DNA of 64,000 nt. Origin: Camelus dromedarius (lineage: Eukaryota). Positions 13,372 to 25,403 of the stretch are shown here, in pieces (positions within the stretch are counted from its first letter, which is position 1; each line of letters opens with the position of its first letter). The notes below the pieces were generated by a model. That model saw only the letters and a program-made list of their open reading frames with translations, was not told where the DNA came from and did no database searches. A program made the translations under genes and the position numbers. The DNA lies in the NCBI RefSeq assembly GCF_036321535.1, contig NC_087437.1, forward strand, positions 41,790,001 through 41,854,000, written 5' to 3'.

Positions 13372-13670
13372 CAGTATCTTTAAACACTGAGTTGCAGTCC
13401 ATGAATGGTCGTGAAATCAATTTGGTGGATTGCATCCAGCATTTTTTAAAAAGTGAAAAAGAGAAAAAATTTATACACAGTAAAAATAAGCATGATTTGT
13501 GAAATTTTTAAATTTAATTTATATATATATACACTCATATATAAACCATTACATATGTATGTGTATATATATTATTACATATAAACCATTATGTACAAAG
13601 TACACCATGGGTACTTTGGACAATGTATTTCTCACTGTATGTCACAGTCAAACTAATTAAAAAGTCACTG
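13372..13670. mobile_element. hAT-Charlie non-autonomous DNA transposon (Charlie4-like)
   Basis: Starts cagt and ends cactg. Internal ggtcgtgaaatcaatttggtggattgcatccagcattttttaaaaa and atgtatttctcactgtatgtcacagtcaaa. Confidence 0.7.
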
Positions 13671-13674
13671 CTTA

Positions 13675-13810
13675 GGGGGATGGTATAGCTCAGTGGTAGA
13701 GTGCTTGCTGAGCATGGACGAGGTCCTGAGTTCAATCCCCAGTACCTCCATTAAAAATAAACAAACAAACAAACAAACAAGCCTAATTACTTCCCCGCAA
13801 AAAACAAACA
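13675..13810 (+). mobile_element. Camelid tRNA-derived SINE (Vic-type)
   Basis: Box A TAGCTCAGTGG, box B AGTTCAATCCC, cctcca, an (AAAC)n linker, the cctaattacttcccc motif and an A-rich tail. Confidence 0.92.
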
Positions 13811-15389
13811 CTCTGATGGCAGTTGGGAGAACCACAACCATCAAATTATCTCTTATCAATGGGAAGCATTTTAAATAAATACCAACCATTTCCTTTGTTC
13901 AGCATTGGACAGCCTTCCCAGTGCATTGCTTTCTTCAACAGGCCAAGAAAACCTCACAAGGAGACTCTCTGCAAAGTCATAATGTCAACATCCTCAATTG
14001 CACCATGTCTCAACCCTTCCACTCCTAGGACACACGAAAGAAATAATGTCCACGTGCCTCTGAACCACGCAACCATTTGGCCATACCTAGATTTCAGGGC
14101 TGTGGTAGAGTTAAGAAAAGGCCTTGGTTACAGAAAATTCCTTGAGACCTCTCTGTAACTTCATCTCTTTCTCCCATTCAAAAAAGCACAAGGTAATAGA
14201 AATTAGTGACAGTGGTAGGGATAAACTTGGATCTACCCTAAAACTTTTTTCAGAAACTTTCGATTTGTAATAGCTCTTATTAATAAAGATTGGAGGCATA
14301 CCTCCCAATTGTGTCATTGAGACAATGTAGTGGAGAATTGCTGTAGAGAGCTAAGAATACATTCATCTCTTTGTCTCTTTCTCTAGCTACTTTTCTAGAA
14401 CTGCACAGTTTTCCACACAGTTGGTCAACACCGTGTCTTTTGCAGCGGACATCCAAATACCAAACCCAGGTGGCGTGCTCAAATAGTAGTACCTAAGAGC
14501 TGTCAGAACAGGGAATGCTCATGATTTTTAAAGTTCCTGAAAGTTCACCAGCATGAGTGATCTTCCTCAAGGCTCTCTTCTTTTTTGAATTAAGATCATT
14601 TATGGAATATACTCATCATCTCTGCCCCACTCCCCTCTCCCCTGCCTTTTTTCCCTCTTTAGGTTTAATGGATTTCAATAAAGAACAGGCTTGGGATTTA
14701 AAGGTTTGGAGGTGATAGAAATGCAAAAAGCAGATCATAATAGGTGAAAAATTCCTGTATTTCAGAACCCAAAACTTTATCTGTCTTTGATGGGAAATGG
14801 AAATTCAGGGAATTGAAGGGACTTGCCAAAAGTCATACTAATGGCAAACAGGGGAAGCCTCCTGACACTGAGATTTCCCCCACTGTAGTAGCATTTCTCC
14901 GGGTATGGATTACACTCCAGCCTGTGTGTGACTTACTAGCAACTCTTCCAACTGATAGCAGTTGTGCTTCTCAGAGTTAGGAATATTAGGCCTGGTGGAG
15001 ACATTTGGGGAAGAGATAACAATGGGAAAATTTTGAGACACTACGAAAGTACTACCTAATCTATTCATTTAACCAACCATCCGTTAAGCCACAGGCCCAT
15101 AGGATAAGAAGATGGACAATCCTACTCTCACGGAGTGTAGCACAGAAAAAGATCATATATACAATCAATTAATTAGGATCAATTAATTAGGATGCAATAT
15201 TGGGAGGTCATAATGGTGGAATAAATAGGTGCCACATGTAAAGAAAAGTAGTGATTAATTTTAATCTGGGGCTTGAGCTGGTGTAGGGGTGTAGGGTATG
15301 TGGGTGTTGGGGGCTTATCTAGGAACTAGTTCATCTGTGAAGATAAACACTTATGTGAGCAGTCTGTTTGAGAGACCAGGTGGTCTACT

Positions 15390-15720
15390 GAAAGAGTCTC
15401 AGTATTTAATGTGGGAGACTGATTTAGTAGGCAGAAGGGTGGAACCTGAGATTCTGCATTTCTAACTAGACCCAAGTGATTCCTGGCTGCTCTTCCACAG
15501 ACCACACTGTGAGGAGCCTAGGTCTAGTAAAATGAGTTGGGATTTCACATCAGAGAAAAGTGAGTTTTAATCCCAGCTCTATCTCCTGTAACTGATGGTC
15601 TTTGGGTAAATGAGACTCATCTTTCTTATCTGTGAAAAGAGCCAGTGTTATATACCTTACAGCTTGTGAAGATTGGGAATGTAAGCATAATGCTCAAGAC
15701 AAAGTAAAAACTCATTTAAA
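15390..15720. mobile_element. MER5A fragment (about 15390-15520) followed by MIR (about 15540-15720)
   Basis: gatttagtagg...gaacctgagattctgcatttctaac...gaccacactgtgag, then gagttttaatcccagctct...tttcttatctgtgaaa. Confidence 0.65.
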
Positions 15721-16149
15721 ATTAACTCCTTTTTAGTCAATTTTGAAATACAATAAATAATCACTTTAGAAATAAATTTGGCTCCAAAAAACAAAATTCA
15801 TTTAGAAAGCCCTCTCATATGAATCCATTCAAAGTCTCCTGATGCTTTTTCATACTAAATATCCCTGTATTTGTTTTTACAGCAAATTTAGGCAATAAGA
15901 TTTTCCCTGAGGCAATAACAAAACAATGGCCAAGTGAGATAAGAATACAGGAAGTATTATGCCTGGTCCCATAACCTAACCACTAACCCACTCAACCTTG
16001 TCCTTAACGTAATTGATGGGTGAAACGGGAAATTTTGGAACTTCCCAATATAGCCAAGGGAAAAGGCCCTGCAATAATGAGATTTCATAAACCTAAGCTT
16101 TCTCTAATATACTTCAGAATAGTTAATCTGAAATAAACGGTAACTACAC

Positions 16150-16340
16150 TTGCATAGGGCATTAATGTTTCTTGTCCTCATACATCAAGTCCTTTGAGCC
16201 TCAGAAAAACTGTGAGAGTCAGGAAGGTCAAATATTTCCACCTCTATTTTACAAATGAGTTAACTGGGGCCTGGAGAGGTGAAGTGACTGACTCACTTTA
16301 CTGCAAATTAAGTAATAAAAAGCCCTGGCCCAGATGGCTT
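16150..16340 (-). mobile_element. MIR SINE fragment
   Basis: ctattttacaaatgagttaactggggcctggagaggtgaagtgact. Confidence 0.7.
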
Positions 16341-16507
16341 ACCTCCAAGTAATCTGTTTTGTTTTGCCAGGGGTGGGAGGTTAGGGTGGAGAGGGAGTTG
16401 GGAGTGAGAGGCTAGAGTTTGTGTCTGGGGTGGACAGTGAGCAGCAAAGAGGTCCTGGGAGTGGAGTGCTTCTTTGCATCTGGTTGACTCCAAAGGTTTA
16501 GTGCCTT

Positions 16508-17375
16508 CATGAAAAAATGTTCAATATCACTAATTATCAGAGAAATTCACATCAAAACTACAATGAAGTATCACTTCACACCAGTCAGAATGGCCATGAT
16601 TAAAAAGTCTATAAGTGATATATGCTGAAGAGGATGTAGAGAAAGGGAACCCTCCTACACTGTTGGTGGGAATGTAGTTTGGTGCAGGTATTATGGAAAA
16701 CAGTATGGGGATTCCTCAAAAAACTAAAAATAGACTTACATATGATCCAACAATCCTACTCCTGGGCATACATCCAGAGGGAACTCTTAAGACAAATGCA
16801 CCTCAAGTTCATAGCAGCACTATTTACAATAGCCAAGACATGGAAACAACCTAAATGTCCATTGAAAGATGACTTGACAAAGAAGTTATGGTATATTTAT
16901 ATACTGGAATACTACTCAGCCATAAAAAAGAATAAAATAATGCCATTTGCTGCAATAGAAATGAAACTGGAGATCATCATTCTAAATGAAGTAAGCCAGA
17001 AAAAGAAAAATACCATATGATACCATTTATATGTGGAACCTAAAAAAAGACACAAATGAACTTATTTATAAAACAAATAGAAAGACATAGAAAACAAACT
17101 TCATGGTTAACAGGGTCGGAGAAGGGGGTGGGAAGGGATAAGTTGAGAGTTCAGGATTTGCAGGCACTAACTGCAATATATAAAACAGATAAACAAGTTT
17201 ACCTAGCTTATATTATCAAGCACAGGGAACTATATTCAATGTCTTGGTAACCTATAATGAAAAAGAATATGAAAACGAGTTTATGTATGTTATATGTATG
17301 ACTGAAACATTATGCTATACACCAGAAAATGACACAAAATAGTAAACTGACTATGCTTCAATAAAATATATATTT
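16508..17375 (+). mobile_element. Relatively young cetartiodactyl/camelid L1 3' end
   Basis: ORF 16679..17020 ([16 protein letters not shown]...FIAALFTIAKTWKQPKCP...KKLWYIYILEYYSAIKKNKIMPFAA) is the L1 ORF2p C-terminus. The 3' UTR (gacacaaatgaacttatttataaaac...cacagggaactatattcaa) ends at cttcaataaaa. Confidence 0.95.
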
Positions 17376-17377
17376 GA

Positions 17378-17416
<39 letters not shown>

Positions 17417-17434
17417 GAAGAAAGAAAGAAAGGA

Positions 17435-17526
<92 letters not shown>

Positions 17527-17566
17527 AGAAAGGAAGGAAGGAAGAAAGAAAGAAAGAAAGAAAGAA
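17376..17566 (+). repeat. (GAAA)n/(GGAA)n microsatellite, about 190 bp, replacing the L1 poly(A) tail
   Basis: Uninterrupted purine tract of GAAA units with a few GGAA variants, directly after the L1 polyadenylation signal. Confidence 0.98.
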
Positions 17567-17665
17567 TACAGAGATCCCATATACATTTGACCCAGTTTCT
17601 CCTAATGGTAATAACTTACATAACTGTAGTGCAATATCACAACTGGGAGATTACCATTAATAAAA
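17567..17665 (-). mobile_element. L1MC-type 3' UTR fragment
   Basis: tacagagatcccatatacatttgacccagtttctcctaatggtaataacttacataactgtagtgcaatatcacaac. Confidence 0.7.
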
Positions 17666-17959
17666 CTAATCAGTCTAACTTATTAAAAAAAGAAGTAAAT
17701 TCAAAACAATTAAATAGATCTCCCAAGGTTAAATAAAAACAAAATATAGAAAGTAAAAACATTCACTTTTAAAAACAAACCAACGAAAGCGCTATAACTA
17801 ACCACAAAGTCATTGCCTTTGAGAAATGCTACCTTTGAAACACAACCCAGTCAATCAACTAAGGTACTTGTTAGGAAATAAGAAAACCTAGTGTATTTGC
17901 TTTAGCTTCATCCTTAATTTTGGGACAATAAACAAATCACTTTAATCTTTCAAACCTTG

Positions 17960-18100
17960 TTGGTTTATATGTCTATTTTATATGTTTTATATATGTATAC
18001 ATATGTTTTTAATTATGTATATATGTATATATATTTTTATATATATTATGTTATATATGTTATACATATGTTTATATATGGTTTATATGTTTATGTTTAT
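17960..18100. repeat. AT-rich (TA/TATG)n low-complexity tract
   Basis: Degenerate tatatg/tttatatg repeats. Confidence 0.85.
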
Positions 18101-19333
18101 AGAATTCTCAAGGATATTGTAAGATTAAAATACATAAGTAAAATATTGAGTAAAAAGTTATATAAAACAATTGGGTTTCAATCATTAATTATTGAATATT
18201 GTGTAAAAATTTCCAATGACTATCAAATATCATAATCATTCTCACTTAAGAAATATCAAGAATCTGTCTTCTGTTCCATCACTCTAGTTTTTGCTGGGCG
18301 TATTTAACATAGAAGAAAAAATGTATTGTATTTTTTAATACTTTAGATAGGCTGACTATGTGCCTTAGCAAAATCTTGGCATATTTTATATTCATAATGT
18401 ACCGGTGATGAAAAGAAAAATAAGCGTAATTTTATAGATAGAATAACTATGATAGAAAAAATTTCAAAATGTGATTAAGTTGGTATGTTACTATGTCATA
18501 TGTGGGTTCTTCTGGTATGAAATTTAACTTACAGTATAATAGCATTAAAAGGTCTTAAAAAAAAGATTTAGTGCCTGTGTTTTCAGCAATATTTGTTAGG
18601 CTAGAGTTAAGTAAATCACACTGAAGAAGGAACAAAATCATTTTTAAAACATGAGATTTTAAAATGTTTTGGCAAACGCACAAATAGTGTTTTTGGGATT
18701 CACCCAATTTTTTTCTTGATTTCAATATGCCTTCTTTTTGGCTTCAGTTTTTTCCTGTTTTCTCTGTTTTCTGATAAAATTCCAATTTAAGGAAGTTGGC
18801 AAATTATTAAAATACTTATATGAAAGTCAGATTTCCTTTTTCCTGTAGAAATTTCAATATTTATTAGTACCTGGGAAGCATAACGTTATCTTAATGAAGA
18901 ACACTAAAGTAATGGGATTAACACTCTAAGTTTTAACTGGAATTGCTATTTTGTACACTATGCGTCATTTTGATTCTTTTTTCCTTTGGATGAAATTTGT
19001 GTCCTGTTGAAATTGAAAGATGAGCTAAATTGGAAGAAAGTATAAGCTATACTTGAGAAAAATTAATAGCATATACCACTAGAAGATAAACTAGCTTATT
19101 TGACATCCTCTCCAGGAATCTTCAGTCATTGCTTTTAGACTTGGTGATCATAGACGTTTATAAAAATAACACGAAGGGACAAGACTCATTTGAGTACTCT
19201 TATAAATGTTCACAGTGCACAGCTGAAAACATGATAGAGATGGTCCTGACATTCCAGTACTTCCTCAAATATTTTCTGATCATGAAATCATCTGTTCAAT
19301 ATTTTAAGGCTGAATATTTTATTTTTAATTTTT

Positions 19334-19416
19334 AGAAGATGCAGAGTAGGACTCTGAGCTCACCTCCTCCCATGGGCACATCAAAATTACAACTATTGAT
19401 GAGAACTATCCAGAGA
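19334..19416 (+). mobile_element. Isolated L1 5'-terminal fragment
   Basis: aagatgcagagtaggactctgagctcacctcctcccatgggcacatcaaaattacaacta resembles laurasiatherian L1 5' ends (AAGATGGCGGAGTAG...TGAGCTCACCTCCTCCCA...ACCAAAATTACAACT). Confidence 0.55.
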
Positions 19417-20307
19417 GTTTGATGAACTAACTGCCTTAAGAAACAGAATGTATTAGATAGACAGATACTTTTAATCCTAAATTCTTTGTTGCTTTTCAGG
19501 ATCAAATTTGAGACTGGGGTGAACAGCCAGTCAATCTCTCTGAAAGCATATAACTAGTCCTTTCCTAGATTTAAAGAAGAAAGAAGAAAATTATTTGAAC
19601 ATTTTTTTTCTAACAATGACATCTCTGGCCCTAGTTAATAGTTCATGGTTGTTACAAAGCAGTAAAACTTGATCAACAATATGTAGGTGCCTACAGTTTA
19701 GCACATGCCAAAACTTAAGCCTCGAATAGGTCATGTGTCATGAGGTTGGATTTACATAAGTAATGACATTTAGGAATTCCCTACAATCACAAATAATACT
19801 CACTGATGGTGTGAGTGTTTTAAATGAACTTGCCTATCTCAAGAGCATCAAATATTCAGAAAATGGAAGGGCTTACAATTTTCCTGATAAAACAAGCATC
19901 CCTGTGGATGCTTGTGATTCACTTCTATTCTAAATATAAAGACTGCAGCCTGATACTTGCTTCAGATACTTGTCCATTTCTTCTAAGACCTGTAAGGGTT
20001 TGATAAATAATACAATTTCTTTAAGCTTGTATTATTAGTAGGATCATATTTTATAATAGTACTGACCCTATAAACTTTTTTTTTTACTCACCGTATTTCT
20101 CACCTATGTTGTCACCATTGCTCAAATAATTAAACTGGATTATCTGGCTCCCAATAAAATGTAAGTAACAAAAGAAGCTTTCTTGCCTTGCCAATTGTGT
20201 TGAGGGCTCACAAGATGTAATAATTTGCGTTTATCAGTAATGAAAGAGTCACAGGTGGTGGCAATTGAATCTAAGACCATCCAATGTATTTAGGAATCTG
20301 ATATAAC

Positions 20308-20525
20308 CATTGGTGTGCTGGTAAATGTTTAACAACCACCTCTCTGAGAAGAAAAGAAAAGAAAAGAACCCTGATTTATAGTGTTTGTGGATCTCACAGT
20401 ATCAGCTCCCACCATGGCCATTTTCAAGCTGACAACATGAAGTCAATTGAACTCAGAGCTAGGAAGAGATGCCACAATTGTCTCTTGTGACTTTGTAGGA
20501 TCTGGCTCCATCCCTCACACTACTC
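20308..20525 (-). mobile_element. MER63A-like hAT-Blackjack MITE
   Basis: cattggtgtgctggtaaatgtttaacaacc...ctcccaccatggccattttcaagct...ggaagagatg...ggctcca...cacactact, with decayed terminal inverted repeats. Confidence 0.85.
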
Positions 20526-21739
20526 AGTATAAAATGCACAAAATAGATTGCCTTTGCACAAAACTGCTAAAAAAAAAAAAGTTAGTGCTCTGATCTGATA
20601 CAGTGATTGGCATTCAGAAGAAAGGAATTCCAAGGCATGTCTAAACATAAAAAGCCCTTCTAGAATAACAGGGATGACATTTCACGAAATTTTAGAAAAT
20701 AAGGAGTTCAAGACATCAGCTTTGGTAGCAGAGGTAAATGTTATTTTTCTTTTTCAAGATATTATCATCTAATGTTACATGGCTTTGGTGGGTGAACATT
20801 CACTAGAAATCTTAAGAAGTAAAAAGTGTATTATTCATTATTGTCAGGGAATAAGTATTTTACAGACACAATTTAAAAATATAGCTAAAGTCAACCCCTC
20901 TAATCATATGTTTAAATATTATTCTAATTATATTGCATTAAAATTTGGGGAAACTATAGCAATTCTCTGACTTCCTAGAAAAATGTATTATATTCCTAGT
21001 TCTTCTTTTAGGACATTAAAATAGACTTTAGACTGATCTGTAAAGCACTGCAGTGCAGTGAGGAGTTATTTAAATAAACTGAGCTGCGGGGGTCGCCTGC
21101 TTACTGTTGTATGCTTGAGTATTTAGGTTGGCTTTTCATATTTCTGCCTTCGTTTCATCCTTTTCTGCCCGCTGTGAGCTGTCACTTGCTGTCTGCGTGA
21201 CGGCCTCTGGCTATTTCACTGCCTCCTCCTCATTTCTAATTTGCTCCTTCTAACCTGCTGAGGGCTAGGAAACAAAGCAGCTAGCCCACCTTCTTCGCCT
21301 TCTGTATAAAGTAGACTCAGAGAGAGGGCCTAGGGGGAGTTAAAGGGCAACTATTTCAATCCATCAATTTTGACATCTAGTTTCCCTGCTGGAACTTAAT
21401 CTGTACATTTCCTAAAACAAGAGGAAAAGGTGTCAGTGTGGCCATAATCCTGTACAATTGAAGTTGGCCTGAGATCTATATTGTCCACAAACTAAGATAC
21501 TACTACTGTCTCTCACCTTGCAACACCTTGAAATACTGAGCGCCTTTCTTTCTGTCTCAGGACATCTCAAAGAAGAGTCCTGTCCTACTATTCAGAGTTG
21601 GGTTCCTAACATGAAATCTGTTACCTGTGCCTCCTGCTAGTCGGAGTTTCCTACGGCCCCTAACTTGTCATCTACAGTCACACAAAGACAATCTGCTTAC
21701 AATTTGGTATCTTTCTTCTCTAGCTTTTCCCCTCCCCCA

Positions 21740-22245
21740 CATAAGGTAAAATTTACATACAGAAGTACACAAATATTAAGTTTACAGTTCAATGAATTTT
21801 GATCAATGTATATACCTAAATATTCATCACCCTAATCATAATAGAAAACATTCCATCATCCCAAAGAGTTGTCTCATGCCCATTTCAGCCAACTCCCACT
21901 GCTCATAGGCAATTACTGTTCTGATTGCCTGTTCCTGAATTTTGTCTCTAACTTCTTTGGCTCAACATACAGTTTTGAGGATTTAGCCATCTCATTGTAA
22001 TGTATCAGTGGTTCATTTCTTTTCATTGCTGTGTAGCGCTCTGGTGCATAAATGTACCACAATTTGCACATCCACTCCTGTTGATGAACACCTGGCTTTT
22101 ACCAGTTTGGAACTGTTATGAATAATATTGCTCTAAATATTCTTGTAAAAAGTCTCTGTATGAATATATATTTTTTGTTTGTTTCTTTTGGGTAAATACC
22201 TAGGAATGGAGCTGCCGGGTCATAGGGTAGATGTATATTTAACTT
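21740..22245 (-). mobile_element. L1ME-type 3' fragment
   Basis: aggtaaaatttacatacag...tacagttcaatgaattttga...tttcttttgggtaaatacctaggaatggagctgccgggtcatagggtag. Confidence 0.85.
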
Positions 22246-22299
22246 AATTTATTTTCCTCAACATTTTGCTAATTGGCTTTATCAGGTATCTATTCTTCC

Positions 22300-23505
22300 A
22301 TTCATCCATCAATTCGCTATATTTTTGGATGCATTTCAAAGTCAGTTGCAGGCATCAGTACACTTTAATCCTAAACACTTCAACATGTATATCACTAACT
22401 AGAGTTCAATATTTGTTTACTGGGTTTTTTAGGTAAAATTTATATACAGTCACATGCATAAATCTTAAGGATACTTTAATGAAAGTCAAATATAATCCAA
22501 ACTCTTGCCAAGATACGGAACATTTCCTTTATGCCAGAAAGTTCCCTCTTTGCAGTCAATCCCCACCTCTGCTCCCCATAGGCAATCACTGTTATGAATT
22601 TCTTATCATGAATTAGTTTTACCTGTTCTAAAACTTTATGTAAATAGAATCATATAGTATGTACTATTTGGAGTAAGCCTTCTTTGACTTGGCGTGTTTT
22701 TTATGTTGCATGTATAAGTAGTTATTACTTTTTTTTGCTGAGTATATTGCATTGAATGGATATACCACTGTTGTTTAACCATTCTCCTGTTCATGGACAC
22801 CTGAGCTATTTTCCATTTTTGACTGTTATCAATAAACCTGCTATAAATATTCTAATACAATTTTTAAATTTTTGTTTCTCTTGGATAAATACCTAGGAAT
22901 GGAATTACTAGGTCAGAGGGTAGGTGTATGCTTAGATTTACAAGAAATTGTTAGACTGTATTCAAAGTGGTTGCTCCGTTTTACATACCTACCAGCAATG
23001 TATGAGAGTCTCATTGCTCCACATCCTCACCAACACTTGGAATAGTCAGTCTTGTAAAATTTAGCTGTTCTAATAGGTGCAAAGTGGTATCTTATTGTGT
23101 TTTTTTATTTACTTTTCTTAAGGACTGATGATATTGAGCATCTTTTCATGTCCTTTATGGCCATCTATATATCTTCCTTTGTGGAATGTTTGTTCATGTC
23201 TTTTGTCCACTTAAAAAACTGAGTTGTATTTTTATGATTAGATTATATCAGTTATTTACATACTCTGTCAGATACACTTATTTAATACTTTCTACCAGTC
23301 TGTGGCTTGCCTTTTAAGTTTCTTAACAGTGTCTTTTGATGAGAAGACTTTTTATTTTGATGAAGTCCAATTTACTACTTTTTTATGGTTAATGCTTTTC
23401 ATGTCATGTTTAAAGAAACCTTTGCCAATTCCAAAGTCACAAAGATATTCTACATTTCCTTCTGGAAGCATTATAGTTTGAGCTTTTACATTTAGCACAG
23501 TGATT
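22300..23505 (-). mobile_element. L1ME1-like 3' UTR plus ORF2 end
   Basis: ggatgcatttcaaagtcagttgcaggcatcagtacactt...actagagttcaatatttg, then ccagcaatgtatgagagt...acatcctcaccaacacttgg, and tttattttgatgaagtccaattta. Confidence 0.9.
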
Positions 23506-24903
23506 TTAAAAGCATTTTCTGAAGTCTAGAAAATACTACTGGTACATGCATTGGTGATATACACAAAAGTGAGAACCAATAGCTAACTTCACTGGCTTAA
23601 TTTTAAATCTTCTTCTTTCTTGAACTATTTGTTTATATTTCTACACTCTACTCAAACTGTTGTTGTTGTAAACGACAGGGAAGAATTAGTTTCTCCTCAT
23701 TCTCAGTGTCAGGAGAAACTCCATTTTGTAGTCTTGCCAATCTGTTGAATTAATGTTTCCTGGTTTGTGAGCTGACTCAGAGCTGGAGTCCTCTCTGGAT
23801 TGGCTGCTGTGCCCAGGGCCGTGTCTAGTACACTCATATACAGCATAGGTTCAGGCACAGAGCTGTAAAAAGTGCTGTTTGCCTGCTTTGAGTAGCAGAA
23901 TCTTGACTAAAACTGTCAGACTCTTGGATCAGCTGTGTATCCTTAACAACACTGTCTTAAACTTCAGAACTTGAGAACTTTTATGGAAGTTTTGTTAACT
24001 GTAAAAGATGACAGTATACTATGGAATGCATTTAGTAAACAGTGCGTGTGTGTGTCTTTACAATAACATACACAGAATGTTTCTTCCGTGAGGTCTCCAG
24101 CCTTCCTCACTGACAAATGGTGAAAGATTCTCAAGAACCTCAGGGAATTCTCTCTTGGGCAGCTTTTTCCCTTTCCCATCGTGCCTGCACTGTCTGTTGA
24201 TCCTAGTCTCAGTCACTTAACACCAGTTGCAGAGAGGGTTCTGCTGTTCACGTGCATGTGCTCAATGCTCAGGTTTTTCACTTTTTTTTTTTTTTGACTC
24301 TTCACCAACCACATTTCTATAACCCTAGCTAACCTTGTATTAATCTTACAGAGCAAAGGGAGGTTCCCTGTGCCTCCAGCACACTCCACACAATTCGTGG
24401 CTCCGACTGGTAGTTTGGCCCCCAGAACAGCAGCTGGTCCTCTAACAATTCTGGAGCCTTCTGCTCATGTCTTTACACTATGGCAGTGGGAAAGTTTGCA
24501 CACGTCACTTTGGCCTTTGATAGAAGACAGTGTCTAGATATTCCAGGTTGAATATGGTTTGAGAGAGTCCTTGATCTTCGTATTCCTGAGGGTCACTTTT
24601 AACAGCCCCTTGATTCCAGTGGCTTTGCCCCTTATTGTGCTTCAGGTAATTCCCTGAGTACACAATCTGCATAGACTAATATAAATGCTTAAAGTCAGAG
24701 AAATACTTAAATAAAAGTATGTCTCCATATTTTAAGATAAAAAGTGGGATTCATATTATGTCAAATAATCAGCTGAACTAAAATTTTTACTTTTTAAGTT
24801 GTTTTCACATCTCACCAACACCTTTGCTGAAATGCTTACCACTTTAATGCATGTTCATAATTCTCACTCCACAACTGATTTACTCTAAAAATATGGATAT
24901 TTA

Positions 24904-25012
24904 GAGGGGTAGGTATAGCTCAGTGGTAGAGTGCATGTTTAGCATGCACAAAGTCCTAGGTTTAATCCCCAGTGCCTCCATTTAAAAAAAAGAAAGAAAG
25001 AAAGCAAGCAAA
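24904..25012 (+). mobile_element. Camelid tRNA-derived SINE, the 5' part of a SINE-L1 chimera
   Basis: Box A TAGCTCAGTGG, box B GGTTTAATCCC, cctcca and an A/GAAA tail. It lacks the cctaattacc motif seen in the other four copies. Confidence 0.92.
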
Positions 25013-25030
25013 TAGTAAGGATGCTCTTTT

Positions 25031-25403
25031 GCTATCACTTACATGTGGAATCTTAAAAAAAAAAAAAAAAGACACAAATGAGCTTATTTACAAAACAGAA
25101 ACAGACTCACAGGCATAGAAAACAAACTTATGGTTACCAGGGGGAATGAGTGGGTGGAGGGATAAATTGGGAGCTCGGGATTTGCAGATACTAACTACTA
25201 TATATAAAATAAACAACAGGATCCTACTGTATAGCACCAGGAACTATATTCAGTATCCTTTTTATCCCAATGAAAAAGAGTATGAAAAGGAATATGTATG
25301 TATAACTGAATCACTATGCTGTATACCAGGAATCAACACAACATTGTAAACCAACTGTACTTTAATAATAAAAGAATTTAAATTTTTAAAAATTAAAAAC
25401 AAT
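25031..25403 (+). mobile_element. Cetartiodactyl L1 3' end, the 3' part of a SINE-L1 chimera
   Basis: tatcacttacatgtggaatc...gacacaaatgagcttatttacaaaacagaaacagactcaca...tgtaaaccaactgtactttaataataaaa aligns by eye with the L1 at 17018-17365. Confidence 0.93.

Noticed and set aside
13675..13750. tRNA-Ala-like sequences here and at 24904, 33860, 57667 and 60450
   Set aside because: They are SINE heads: diverged from each other, followed by A-rich linkers and tails, and in some cases flanked by TSDs. They are not functional tRNA genes.
16679..17020. 113-aa ORF with protein-like sequence; also 2472..2897 and 58069..58263
   Set aside because: Frameshifted L1 ORF2p C-terminal remnants, not host genes.
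17290..17736. ORFs 17374..17736 (KERK repeats) and 17290..17586 (FFLS repeats)
   Set aside because: Translations of the (GAAA)n microsatellite.
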